A stretch of 64,000 nt of DNA from an uncultured Planctomycetota bacterium (GTDB lineage: Bacteria; Planctomycetota; PLA2; JAEUHO01). The notes below the pieces were generated by a model. The model ran no database searches, was not told where the DNA came from, and worked only from the letters and a program-made list of their open reading frames with translations. Both the position numbers and the translations under genes were made by a program. Below, one piece after another: positions 28,140 through 38,327 of this stretch; within the stretch, counting starts at the first letter, position 1; each line of letters opens with the position of its first letter. The DNA lies in the NCBI GenBank assembly GCA_963752285.1, contig CAVVXN010000005.1:1984001-2048000 (forward strand), given 5' to 3'.

Positions 28140-30737
28140 TCACTCCAGGAAGGCGACGTCCCGCCACCTGGCGAGCGCGGCGAGCGTCGGGACGTGGACG
28201 TAGACGTCGACGTCGTGCCCAAAGACGTCGCACCAGCTCTTCCGGCCGGGGAGCGCCATCCGGACCAGGGCCGCGAGCGCCTGGGCCCGCTCCGGCCCCG
28301 AGCGCTCGGCGTCTCGCACGACGCCGACCAGGAACCGCACGCTCTCCGGGTCCGTCACGCGCGCGTACGCACGGGCGACGGGCTCGCGTTCCTCCGTCGT
28401 CCGGCACGCCTCCCAGATGCCCCGGAGGTCGTCCGCGGCCGCGGGACCGAGGAGCCGCGCCAGCGCGGTCGCGGCCGCCGCGCGCCGGCCGTCCGGGTCG
28501 CCCGTCGCCACCGAGGCGCGGATGGCGTCCACCGCGCTCGTGTCGCCCAGCATCCCCGCGGCCAGGATCGCGGCGGGCGCCACGCCGCGCGGCGCGTCGG
28601 CGAGCGCTCGACGGACCTCGGGACGCGCCTTCCCGGCCTCCGACAGACCGACGGCCACGAGCGCGGCGGCGCGGTCCAGCGGGTGGTCGAACGCCGCCAG
28701 GTCGCGGAGGACGTCCTCGGTCGCGGCGGGCCGATGGAGCCGGCCGAGCGCGAGCAGACACCAGCCGCGTTCGGCGGTGCGCGTCGTGTCTTTGATCGTG
28801 CGCACCGCGTGCGCGCGGACGATCTCCTCGGCGCGCGGCCCGCCGATCTCCGCGAGCGAGAGGAGGAGCTGGGCCCGCACGCCCCCGAAGGTCGAGCGCG
28901 ACTTCTCGAGATACGCCGCGACGCGGTCGAGGGCGTCGTCGTCGCCCGCGGTGATCACACGCGGGAGCGCGAGGGCCGCCGCGACCTGGATCGGCAGGAG
29001 ATCGTCGTCCGGCCGCGCGTCGCGGAGCAGGGAGAGCACGGCGTCCCGCTGGTCGGCCGTGGCGACCTGTGCGAGCGCTTCGCCCGCCGCGGCGCGGAGG
29101 GTGTCCGGGCGGCGTCTCTCGGTGAGGATCTCCGCCAGGAACGTCGCGTTCCCGGACGTGCTTCCCAGGCCCAGCGCGCGGACCGCACACACCTCGATCT
29201 CCTCGCGGTGCAGCCGATCGCGTGCGAGGGACTTGCCCGCGTCGAGCACGTGCTCGCGAATCCACGCGGCCTGTCCTCGGTGCCCGAGGGCGAGGACCGC
29301 GTGCGTGCGGACGCGCAGGTTCTCGCCCGTGTCGCGGGCCCGTCGTTCCAGGAGGGCGAGAGACTCCGGGTCGTCGAGCGTCCCCAGCCAAAGGGCCGCG
29401 GTCTCCCGGACGCGCTGGGCGGCGTCCTTCTCCAGGCACGCGCCGAGCACGGTCCTCGCGTCCTCGAGGCCGAGGCGCGCCGTGCCCATCACGGCGGCCG
29501 CTCGGAGCTCCGTGGGCGCGCCGGCGGCGAGCGCCTCGTGGATCAGCGCCGCGAGCATCTCCGGCGCCGGACCCGAAGGGTCCGCCGGCGCCCCATCGGC
29601 TCGGGGGCCGCGCTCCGGGTCCCCGGCCCCCGGCACGTGGAGGTGCGCGAACCCGAGCCACCAGGCCCCTCCGTACATGCGCTCGTAGTACGTGGCCAGC
29701 GGGAGCACCACGCGGTCGGCGCCGTCCTCGTCCGGCGCGCGCGGTCCGTCGCGCCACGGCGGTCGCCCCGGGTTCGCGTGGTCGAGCATCCACGCGACCC
29801 AGCGCGGCAGGGTGGCCGGCACGTCCGCGGTCTCCGGGTCGATCGGAGGCTCCCCCGTGATGGGATCCGTCCCGAGGCGGCGCCAGGTGTCGAGGAGGAG
29901 CGGTCGAACCTCCATCCAGTAGGGGCTGTTGGGGCCGGCGACGTCGCGGAAGCGCTTCGAGCCCGTGCGGAACCCGGCGACGGCCTCGTACTTGTTCACC
30001 CAGTGGTATTCGTACGCCTGGAAGACGTCGATCTCGTGGTCGACGATCTCTCGCCGCAGGGCGCCGGGAAGGTCGGGCGTCGTGGCGAGGAGTCGCAGCG
30101 CGGCCTCGGTGGCGGCCTGTGCGTCGGACCCGGTGTCCGCGGAGATCGCCTCCTCGCTCAGCCAGGCGCCCACCGCGCGCAGCCGATCGGGGTCGTCAGC
30201 CGCGAGCCGCAGCAGCGACTGGAAGAGCGCCTCGTAGAACCCCGGCTCCCGGACGTAGTCCTGGTCCCGGAGGACGCGACGCTTCGCCACGTCCAGGACG
30301 CGCGGCAGGATCGACGGGGACAGGTCGCCCAGGGCGACGGCCGCGCGGACCTGCACCCGATGGCGGGTGTTCACGTGCGTTCCGTGAGGGAGTCGATCGA
30401 GGACCAGGGCGTCGAGCACGGCCGCCTCGAGATCCTGGCGGAAGCTCCGCTCCGCGCTCCGAGCCTCGCGATCCGCCGTGCTGGGGAGCGCGCCCGGGCT
30501 CCGCGCATCGGGCACGAGTTCCCGGGAGGCCTCCATCGCCGCGTCGAGGGCGGCGAGGATCTCTCCCGTCTCGGACCCCGGGCGCCGGAGGAGCCGCCGG
30601 AGCGAGGCGACCCGCTCCAGCGCCTGGGACGCCGGGACGGGCTCGGCCGAGGCGGGCGCTCCGAGCGCCAGCAGGAGCCCGAGCCCCAGAGCGGGGAGGC
30701 CCCGGGTCGATCGCCGGTCCGACGTCGGGTCTCGCAT
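28140..30737 (-). CDS. Large secreted HEAT-repeat protein
   Basis: Signal-like N-terminus (LGLGLLLALGAPASA); many R..AA.ALG repeats in the C-terminal half. Confidence 0.78.
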   Translation of the reverse strand: MRDPTSDRRSTRGLPALGLGLLLALGAPASAEPVPASQALERVASLRRLLRRPGSETGEILAALDAAMEASRELVPDARSPGALPSTADREARSAERSFRQDLEAAVLDALVLDRLPHGTHVNTRHRVQVRAAVALGDLSPSILPRVLDVAKRRVLRDQDYVREPGFYEALFQSLLRLAADDPDRLRAVGAWLSEEAISADTGSDAQAATEAALRLLATTPDLPGALRREIVDHEIDVFQAYEYHWVNKYEAVAGFRTGSKRFRDVAGPNSPYWMEVRPLLLDTWRRLGTDPITGEPPIDPETADVPATLPRWVAWMLDHANPGRPPWRDGPRAPDEDGADRVVLPLATYYERMYGGAWWLGFAHLHVPGAGDPERGPRADGAPADPSGPAPEMLAALIHEALAAGAPTELRAAAVMGTARLGLEDARTVLGACLEKDAAQRVRETAALWLGTLDDPESLALLERRARDTGENLRVRTHAVLALGHRGQAAWIREHVLDAGKSLARDRLHREEIEVCAVRALGLGSTSGNATFLAEILTERRRPDTLRAAAGEALAQVATADQRDAVLSLLRDARPDDDLLPIQVAAALALPRVITAGDDDALDRVAAYLEKSRSTFGGVRAQLLLSLAEIGGPRAEEIVRAHAVRTIKDTTRTAERGWCLLALGRLHRPAATEDVLRDLAAFDHPLDRAAALVAVGLSEAGKARPEVRRALADAPRGVAPAAILAAGMLGDTSAVDAIRASVATGDPDGRRAAAATALARLLGPAAADDLRGIWEACRTTEEREPVARAYARVTDPESVRFLVGVVRDAERSGPERAQALAALVRMALPGRKSWCDVFGHDVDVYVHVPTLAALARWRDVAFLE

Positions 30738-30898
30738 CACGCTCCATGAGAACGCGCCCCGCGGCGGGCCGGAGCCGCACGACCCGAGCGCGGGGACACG
30801 CCCCGCGCCACGCCCCGGGTCCATGCGGGACGATTGACCTTCGAGCGACGAGGGGCGATTCTCGCCGCCGCGGCGGCGAGGAGGCGGCGGGGACGGCC

Positions 30899-32473
30899 AT
30901 GGACGAGCGCGAGGCGAACGAAGAGACCCCCCCTCTCGACTTCGTGGTCCTGATGGGCCCTCCGGGCGCGGGGAAGACCCGCCTGGCCGAGCGGGCGCGG
31001 GCCGAGCTGGGGCTCTCCTTCACCTCGCTCGAGCCGGAGCCGATCCGCCCGTTCGGACGGGGCGCGGAGTTCGCCCGTCACAAGAGCGAGGCGCTCGCGA
31101 TCCTCGAGGCGGCGCTCCTCGCTCAGCACCGCCAGGGCCCCCGTCCCGTGCTGATCGAGTCCACCGGGCTGAGCGACCGGCCCATCCTCGAGCGGCTCGC
31201 GACGGACCATCGCGTGGCGCTCCTCCGCCTCGGCGCCTCCGCGTCCACGTGCCTGTGGCGCGTGTCGGAGCGGGCCCGCGGCGTGCACCACGACGACGAC
31301 CTCGACCGCGCGCGCATCCAGATCGACCACTGGTTTCGAACCGTCGCTCCGGGCTACCGGTACGACCGAACGATCTGGAACGACGGGCCGGGCGAGGATC
31401 CCGTCGCCGTCCTGGCTCGATTCCTCGAGGAGCGCCGCCTTCCGGTCCCGACCCGGGCCGCCGCGCTCACGGCTTCCTGGTGCGAGCCGGTGGTGCGGCT
31501 TCGTCACCCTCGCGCGCGCGTCACCGCGGTCGAGACCGAACGGATCGGCGTCGGCTTCGGCCTGGCCAGCGCGATCGATCGCGTGCACCTCGCGGGGCGC
31601 GGCGGACCCGCCACGCTGGTGGTCAAGCGCTGGGACTTCGACGCGACGACCCGCGATCGCGAGATCTTCTTCTACCGACATCTCGCCGAGCAAACGCCGA
31701 TTCGACTGCCTCGCTGCGACCTGGCCCGGCGCGACGCGGGCGCCCGTCGCGGGGTGCTGGTGCTCGAGGACCTGGCGGGAGCGGTCCAGGGCGACTGCCT
31801 CACGAGCCTCGACGTCGAGGGGGCCCGCCGTCTCGTGTCCCTGCTCGCCCGCTGGCACGCGCGCTGGTGGGAAGACGAGACGATCGTCTCGACGGCAGAG
31901 GAGGATCTGCCGCGCGCGGCCCGGACGGAGCGGGACGCGGCCTGGATCGAGGACCGCCGCGCGGGCTTCGAAGAACGCTTCGGGGGACGAATCGCCGCGG
32001 ACTGCCGGAACCTCTCCCGGAACGTCGCGAGCCTCCTCGCCAGATCCGACGGGGTCCTCGCCCGTTGGCCGGCGACGCTCCTGCACGGCGACCTCCACCT
32101 CGACAACGTGCTGTTCCTGCCCGGAGGGGAACCCGTCGTCCTCGACTGGGCACGGGTGAGGCGAGGCCCGTGCGTGCTCGACCTCGCCGCGGTCCTCTTC
32201 GACCCGGCGCCCCTCGGGGCGATCGCCGAGCTCACCGAGCACTACCGGGTGCGACTGGCCGCGGAGGGGGGGCCGACGCTCGCCGCCGGGGATCTCGCCG
32301 AGGGGTTGACCGCCGCGCTCGAGCGCCGGTTCGTCGACTGCACCCTCGGGATCGTGCGCTGGCTGCCGTCCACGGCGCGGGAGGAGCGCCTGATCGACCG
32401 CGTCCTCGAGACCGTCCAGGACGCGGTGCGCGCCTGGCGAGCGCTCCATCCCGGCCGCCTGACCGATCCCTGA
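30899..32473 (+). CDS. P-loop (NMP/shikimate kinase-like) domain fused to an APH/choline kinase-like phosphotransferase
   Basis: GPPGAGKT Walker A; C-terminal LVVK, REIFFY, LLHGDLHLDN and VLDW. Confidence 0.82.
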   Translation: MDEREANEETPPLDFVVLMGPPGAGKTRLAERARAELGLSFTSLEPEPIRPFGRGAEFARHKSEALAILEAALLAQHRQGPRPVLIESTGLSDRPILERLATDHRVALLRLGASASTCLWRVSERARGVHHDDDLDRARIQIDHWFRTVAPGYRYDRTIWNDGPGEDPVAVLARFLEERRLPVPTRAAALTASWCEPVVRLRHPRARVTAVETERIGVGFGLASAIDRVHLAGRGGPATLVVKRWDFDATTRDREIFFYRHLAEQTPIRLPRCDLARRDAGARRGVLVLEDLAGAVQGDCLTSLDVEGARRLVSLLARWHARWWEDETIVSTAEEDLPRAARTERDAAWIEDRRAGFEERFGGRIAADCRNLSRNVASLLARSDGVLARWPATLLHGDLHLDNVLFLPGGEPVVLDWARVRRGPCVLDLAAVLFDPAPLGAIAELTEHYRVRLAAEGGPTLAAGDLAEGLTAALERRFVDCTLGIVRWLPSTAREERLIDRVLETVQDAVRAWRALHPGRLTDP

Positions 32474-32542
32474 CCCGGCCGCCGGGAGCACGAAGGAGGA
32501 CGGAGGGGGGGCGAGAGACCTCCCGCCGTAGATTGGGGCTTC

Positions 32543-33749
32543 GTGCGGCGGTCCACCGTGATCCTCGTCGGCCTGCTCGTCGCGTCGAACGCGGCCTGGG
32601 CGGTCCACGCGCTCGTCGCGGAGCGGTCCGAACCGACCGCCGCACCCGGCGCGCGGCCGCACGAGGTCGCCGGGGCGCCCGATGTACCGACGCCTCCCGG
32701 CGAGGCCGCCCACCTCGCGGGTCACCCGGCCGCCGCCGGCGCGAAGGGCGGCGAGGTCGCCACCGAAAAGACGGGCCCGACGCCCGAGGCCGAGCGGGCC
32801 GCGGAGGCGACGCGCAGGAAGAAAGAGGAGGCCGAACGGGCGGAGGAGGCTCCCGTGGGCCGAAGGGCAGAAGCGCGCGCAGGGGACGACCGACGCGTGG
32901 AAGGCCGACGTCCTCCAGATCCAGGATCCCGATCGCCGTGAGAAGGCGCTTCGGGAGATCGATGCCGGGATCCGCGACCGCGACCCCGCCCTCGCGGCGG
33001 TGAGTCTGCGTCTCCTCTACGCGATTCGCGATGTGTCCTACGACCACGGCCGGTTCAAGGACGCGGTTCGTTCCCGCCTGGACGACGACGATCCCCGCGT
33101 CCGGAGCGCCGCCCTCGGAGCGATGCTCCAGGTCGATCCGACGCCGGCCGACGTGGACGAGTCCCTGCGCGTCCTCGCCAGGCATCCGGAGGACACGAGC
33201 GGGTTGATCACCGTGGCGTGGATGTCGAAGGGGCGCGTGGAGGGCGAGCTGGCCGACCTCTACGTGCAGGCTCTCGCCCACTTTGACGGTCGGGATGCGC
33301 TGAACGTCGCGAACCAGCTCCGCGGCCTGTGGGTCACGGCGGAGGTCGAGAACGCCGTCCTCGACGCCCGGCGCCGGTCCGAGGGGGGCGGACTCTGGCC
33401 GTACGTCCTGGGTCAGATGCGCCCGACGCGCGCGCCCCGCGTGCGCGCCATCTTCGAGGCGCTGAAGAAGGAGGGTCCGAACGGGAGCGACGGGCAGCTC
33501 CTGGAGCGGGCCCTCGGCGAGCGGGAGCTCGACCCCGAGGCCGCGCCGGTCGCCGCGTCCCTCGCCGCCGAGCTCCTCCCCTCGGCGCCGAGCTCCTCCG
33601 TGCGGCAGATGTGTCTCCGGGTGCTCCAGAGCGTCGGGACGAGCGTCCAGTACGACGCCGTCCACGCCTTCGCGACGAACCCGATGGTGGCCGACGACCT
33701 CCGTGCGCAGGCGGGAAGGGTGGCGGACACGCTCGCGCGCCGCCGCTGA
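32543..33749 (+). pseudogene. Secreted or membrane-anchored HEAT-like protein split by one frameshift (pseudogene or sequencing error)
   Basis: The signal-bearing ORF 32543-32941 and the helical ORF ending 33749 join if one base is removed near 32850. Confidence 0.65.
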
Positions 33750-33758
33750 CTTCGATCG

Positions 33759-35684
33759 CTACTCCCCTTCCTCGATCTTCTCCTCGAGGAACTCCCCGGC
33801 GACGGGCAGGAGGCTCCGGGAACTCAGCATCCCGAGCAGGTGGCCGTCCTTCACGACCGGGAGGCTGCCGAAGCCCTGCGTGCGGATCCGGGCGATCGCC
33901 TCGAGCGTCGAGGTCTCGGGCTCGACGGTCACGAGGTCGCGGCGCATCACGTCGCGCACCGCGAGCGGCACGCCCTCCTTCGGCGGGCGCACCTCGCCGG
34001 TCAGCGTCCGCAGCAGCGCGCGGTACGAGACGAGCCCCACGAGGCGGCCCTCGTCGTCCTCCACGGGCACGTGGCGGATCTTCTCCCAGAGCATCAGGCT
34101 CGCGACGAGGTCGAGCGCGTCCGTCTCGCGCACGGTCACGAAGTCGGTGGACATGAGCTGCTCGACCTTCAGGTAGTTGCTCTTCCAGCCCCCGCCCTCG
34201 ACCAGACGGGCCAGGCTCCACTCCGCGACCGGGCTCCCCTCCCACTGGCGCGCGACCAGGCCCGCGGTGAGCGCGTTCAGCCGTTCGCCCTCCGCGCCGT
34301 GCTCCCCCATGCCGGAGAGCGAACGGAGCATCCAGGACGCGCCCGTCGTCTGGCGAGCGAGTCGCTCCTCGATCACGCCGAGGTAGGTGTCGGCGTCGCC
34401 GTCGTCCACGCCGCCGAGGCGCAGGCCCTCCCGCGCCTGCGGGAGCAGGTGCTCCCGGAGCAGGGTCTGCGCCGGGAGCGCGCGGCCGTCGAGCCACATG
34501 ATCTCGGCGCCCAGACCGAGGCGCGCGGCGGAGATGAAGTTGCTCTTCGCGTCGTCGAAGGCGATGTGCTTGGTGATGTCGGGGTGCTCGTCTACCAGCG
34601 CCGACATGAGCCCGAGCCAGAACGCCGCGTTCGCGATCTCGTCGCGCGGCGTCGGGCCCGACGGCAGCACGCGGTTCTCGATCCGGAGATGCGGCTTCCC
34701 GTCGAGCACGCCGTAGCAGGCGCGGTTCCAGCGGTAGATCGTCCCGTTGTGGAGCCGGAGCGCCTTCAGGGCCGGGACGCCGCCGCGGTCGAGCACCTCG
34801 TTCGGATCCTCCTCGGGCTCGCTGGCGATCAAGATGCGGTGACGCGAGATGTCCTCGCGGTAGATCTCGGCGACCGACTCCCGGACCCAGCCGCGCCCGA
34901 AGTCCACGCGGGGGCTCTGCTGGCGGGTGGAGAGCCCGCTGCTTCGCATGTCCACCGACTGCTGGAAGAGGGCGATCCGCGTCTCGCGCCAGAGCCGCCG
35001 CCCGAAGAGGAGGGGCGAGTTCGTCCCGACGGCGAGCACCGGTGCGGCCGCGACCTGCGCGATGTTGTAGAAGCGCGGGAACTCCTGGGGCGCGACCTGG
35101 AAGTGGACCTGGAAGCTCGCGTTGCAGCTCTCCACCATCACCGAGTCGTGGCGGAGGAGCACCTCGTCCACACCCTTGATGTGGATCTCGTAGTCGCGAC
35201 CTCGAAGCCTCGTCATGGCCTCGTTGAGCGCGCGGTACCGAGGCATCGGCGTCATGCTCTCGAGGCTCAGGTCCGACTTGCGGATCGTGGGGAGGATCCC
35301 CGTGAGCGCGAGGTCCACGCCGAGGTCGCGCGCCGCGGCCCGCCCGCGGTCGAGGAGGCTCACGAGCTGCGCCTCGAGGTGCGAGAGGCAGTTCCCGCCC
35401 CAGAGCACGGGGTCGAGGTTCATCTCGAGGTTGAAGAGGCCGACCTCGGTCGTGAAGTGCGGGTCGTCCACCTTCTCGAGGACGCGGAGCGCCGCCATCG
35501 CGGGCCGCCAGTCCTCGTCGATCAGGAAGGCCTCCTGCTCGGCGCCGATGCGACGCACGCCGGTCTCGAAGCGGCCCTCGGCGATCATCCGCTCGAGCGC
35601 CTGGAGGTCGCGCAGCAGCCGGCGCGTGAACGCGCGGAGCTCGCTGCCCTCGTCCTCGAGATGAGAGACCTGGGATTCGCCCAT
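33759..35684 (-). CDS. Glutamate-cysteine ligase family 2 (carboxylate-amine ligase) with C-terminal CBS pair
   Basis: IGAEQE, FQVH, NSPLLFG, YRWNR and HLRIENR motifs; two CBS repeats (IRHVPV, GSLPVV). Confidence 0.9.
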   Translation of the reverse strand: MGESQVSHLEDEGSELRAFTRRLLRDLQALERMIAEGRFETGVRRIGAEQEAFLIDEDWRPAMAALRVLEKVDDPHFTTEVGLFNLEMNLDPVLWGGNCLSHLEAQLVSLLDRGRAAARDLGVDLALTGILPTIRKSDLSLESMTPMPRYRALNEAMTRLRGRDYEIHIKGVDEVLLRHDSVMVESCNASFQVHFQVAPQEFPRFYNIAQVAAAPVLAVGTNSPLLFGRRLWRETRIALFQQSVDMRSSGLSTRQQSPRVDFGRGWVRESVAEIYREDISRHRILIASEPEEDPNEVLDRGGVPALKALRLHNGTIYRWNRACYGVLDGKPHLRIENRVLPSGPTPRDEIANAAFWLGLMSALVDEHPDITKHIAFDDAKSNFISAARLGLGAEIMWLDGRALPAQTLLREHLLPQAREGLRLGGVDDGDADTYLGVIEERLARQTTGASWMLRSLSGMGEHGAEGERLNALTAGLVARQWEGSPVAEWSLARLVEGGGWKSNYLKVEQLMSTDFVTVRETDALDLVASLMLWEKIRHVPVEDDEGRLVGLVSYRALLRTLTGEVRPPKEGVPLAVRDVMRRDLVTVEPETSTLEAIARIRTQGFGSLPVVKDGHLLGMLSSRSLLPVAGEFLEEKIEEGE

Positions 35685-35735
35685 GTGCGCGGGGATCCTA
35701 GCAGGGGAGAACCGAGCTCGGGTAGCGCCAGGGTG

Positions 35736-36953
35736 TCAGCCGGCGAGGAGGTGAAGGTCCGTGCCGACCCGGTCGGCCAGGCGGATGGTGGTCTCGAGGT
35801 CGGGGTGGCGCACGATCAGCCAGCCGTCGGAGAGGAGGGTCTGCTTCCAGTTGCGCCGCGGCGCGCCGACGGGAAGGAGGTCCATGGCGACCAGCGCGTC
35901 GCCGAGGTCGTGCCGGAGGCGGTCCAGGCCCTCGATCCGGAGGATCCGCCCCTGGCCCCGGGCGCGCTTCACCACGATCGCCGCGTTGTACGGACGCGTG
36001 ACGGGACGCTCGAGGCGCCCCGTGAGGACCGCCTCGGCCCACGCCGCGTACACGTCGTAGTCGGCCGCGTAGTTCATGATGTCGGTGCTCCGCGCGCCGG
36101 CCGGTCGGGCCCCGATCTCGCCGAACACCGCCTCGCCCTCGGGCGTGAGGAACCACTCCATGTGCGTGAAGCCGTCCGGGAAGCCGAGCGCCTGGAGCAC
36201 CGCCCGTCCCATCTCGACGCCGCCGGCGAGGCGCGGAGCGTCGACGTCGCGGAGCGCGATGGTCTGCGCCGAGATCCACTCGTTCGTGCGCGCGACCAGC
36301 GGCCGCGGCCGGTACCAGGAGACGTTCGAGAAGCCGATCCGCCCCCCGGCCGAGATCGCGTCGAAGGTGTACTCCTCCCCTTCCACGAACTCCTCGACGC
36401 TCACCTCCTCGACGTGACCCATCCTCTCGAGGACGGTGTCGAGCGCCTCGGCGTCGCCGACTCGGTGCGTGTCGGCCGAGCCCGCGCCGGCGATCGGCTT
36501 GACGATGAGGGGGTAGCCGATCTCCTCGGCCGCCTCGCGAACCTCTCGGACGGTGGTCGCGCGCCGGTGGCGCGGCGTGCGTACGCCGGCGTCGTCCAGG
36601 ACGCGCTTCATGGCCTCCTTGTCCCGGAAGGGGAGCGCGCCCGCGAGGTCGAGACCGGGCACGCCGAGCGCCTCCCGGACACGCGCGGCGAGGAGCACCC
36701 CGGGCTCCCAGAGGCACTCGACCCGGTCCACGCCCCGCGCGGCGGGCCACCTGCCAACCTCCTCCACGACCGCGGCCTCGTCGAAGAGGCTTGGCACGGG
36801 GAGCCACGCGGCGAGCGCCTCGCGGGCGGCGGGCGCGAGGCCCGCGGGGGAGCCCTCCCCCACCCCGAGCACCGCGGCGCCCCGCCGGGCGAGCGCGCGC
36901 GTGAAGTAGCCGAGCTCGAACGGGTATCCGGGACTCAGGACGAGGACCTTCAC
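35736..36953 (-). CDS. ATP-grasp amino acid ligase-like protein
   Basis: RDKEAMK, GYPLIVKP..GAGS, VEEFVEG, THMEWF and GEIGARP motifs. Confidence 0.88.
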   Translation of the reverse strand: MKVLVLSPGYPFELGYFTRALARRGAAVLGVGEGSPAGLAPAAREALAAWLPVPSLFDEAAVVEEVGRWPAARGVDRVECLWEPGVLLAARVREALGVPGLDLAGALPFRDKEAMKRVLDDAGVRTPRHRRATTVREVREAAEEIGYPLIVKPIAGAGSADTHRVGDAEALDTVLERMGHVEEVSVEEFVEGEEYTFDAISAGGRIGFSNVSWYRPRPLVARTNEWISAQTIALRDVDAPRLAGGVEMGRAVLQALGFPDGFTHMEWFLTPEGEAVFGEIGARPAGARSTDIMNYAADYDVYAAWAEAVLTGRLERPVTRPYNAAIVVKRARGQGRILRIEGLDRLRHDLGDALVAMDLLPVGAPRRNWKQTLLSDGWLIVRHPDLETTIRLADRVGTDLHLLAG

Positions 36954-37000
36954 GGCCGCGCGCCTCCCACGCGGCGCAGATCATCCCAAACTCGATTGCG

Positions 37001-38221
37001 CTACGCGAGGTCCACCCTCACGAGGGAGACGAGGCGACGGAGAGCCTCCTCGACCACGGCCGTCTCCTCGTGGCGGACGATCACGTACCCCTCGCCCTCG
37101 TACGACCCGGTCGGGGTCTCGCCCCTCCCGGGGAGGCGGGCCTCCACCACGAGGGCGCCGAGCTCCCGCTCCGCCTCCTCGAGGCCCCGGATCGCCGCGA
37201 CCCGGCCCGCGCCCTGGCCGCGGAGGTACGCGGCGCCGGCGGCGTAGCGCCGCGCGGGCGCCTCGAACGTCTTGAACACGACCACGCGGGCCCAGGCGCG
37301 GTAGAAGTCGAAGTCGTTCGCGTAGGAGATGAGCGTCGAGAACTGGGCCCCCGGCGGACGGGCGGCGACCTCGCTCACGGCGACGCTCCCGTCGGGGCGG
37401 CGGAACCACTCCAGGTGCGTGACGCCCGTCTCCATGCCGAGGACGTCGAGCGCCGCGAAGGCGACCCGACGGATGTCGTCGTACCGAGGGTCGTCCACCT
37501 CGCGCGGGACCACGACGACCCACTGGATCCACGGGTTCTGGAGCACCACGAGCGGCGACGGGTGATACCGGCTGATCGAGTGCCACACGGGCCGGCCGTC
37601 GATCGACACCGTGTCGAAGGAGTGCTCCTCGCCCTCGACGAACTCCTCGAGGAGGACCTCGCGTCCCGGGGCGGCGGGGTGCGCCGCGAGGGCGCGGCGG
37701 AGCCCGTCCGCGTCATCGACCCGGAACGTGGCGCGCGCGCCCGCGCCCGCCGGCGGCTTCACGACGAGCGGGAAGCCCACCTCGGAGGCGACGCAAAGCG
37801 CCTCGTCGGCGGACGCGGCGAGCCCGTGTCGCGCGCAGGGGATCCCGGCGGCGCGAAGCGCGGACTTCATGAGCGCCTTGTCGCGAAAACGCGTCGCCGC
37901 CTCGACCCGGAGGCCCGGAAGGCCCAGCGACTCGCGGGTCCGCGCGAGCGGCACCTGGAGCTGCTCGAGCGTCCCCACCAGGCAGGTGACGGGCCCGACC
38001 CGGGCGGCGAGGCGCTCCGTCGCTCCGGCGATCGCCCCCGGGTCGAGCACGTCGTCGAGCCGTTCGTGCCCGTCGAGCCGGGCGCGGAGCGCGGCGGGGA
38101 TCCGCTCCAACGGATCCTGCGTCACGAGCGAGAGCCGGCATCCCTCGAGCGCCGCGACGGCGTCCACGAAGCGGCGGGTGGCGTCCATCAGGAACGGCGC
38201 GACGAAGACGACGTGGGTCAT
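37001..38221 (-). CDS. ATP-grasp amino acid ligase-like protein
   Basis: RDKALMK, GFPLVVKP..GAGA, LEEFVEG, THLEWF and SEVAARPPG motifs. Confidence 0.88.
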   Translation of the reverse strand: MTHVVFVAPFLMDATRRFVDAVAALEGCRLSLVTQDPLERIPAALRARLDGHERLDDVLDPGAIAGATERLAARVGPVTCLVGTLEQLQVPLARTRESLGLPGLRVEAATRFRDKALMKSALRAAGIPCARHGLAASADEALCVASEVGFPLVVKPPAGAGARATFRVDDADGLRRALAAHPAAPGREVLLEEFVEGEEHSFDTVSIDGRPVWHSISRYHPSPLVVLQNPWIQWVVVVPREVDDPRYDDIRRVAFAALDVLGMETGVTHLEWFRRPDGSVAVSEVAARPPGAQFSTLISYANDFDFYRAWARVVVFKTFEAPARRYAAGAAYLRGQGAGRVAAIRGLEEAERELGALVVEARLPGRGETPTGSYEGEGYVIVRHEETAVVEEALRRLVSLVRVDLA

Positions 38222-38327
38222 GGGTCCCCGCCCGTTGATGCCGAGGGCGCTCAAGAGTACCTTCCCGTCCGATTCGGCGCCGCAGAGAGCGGAGCCGGCC
38301 ACGCCGAGGGAGGGAAGCTGGCGCCGG

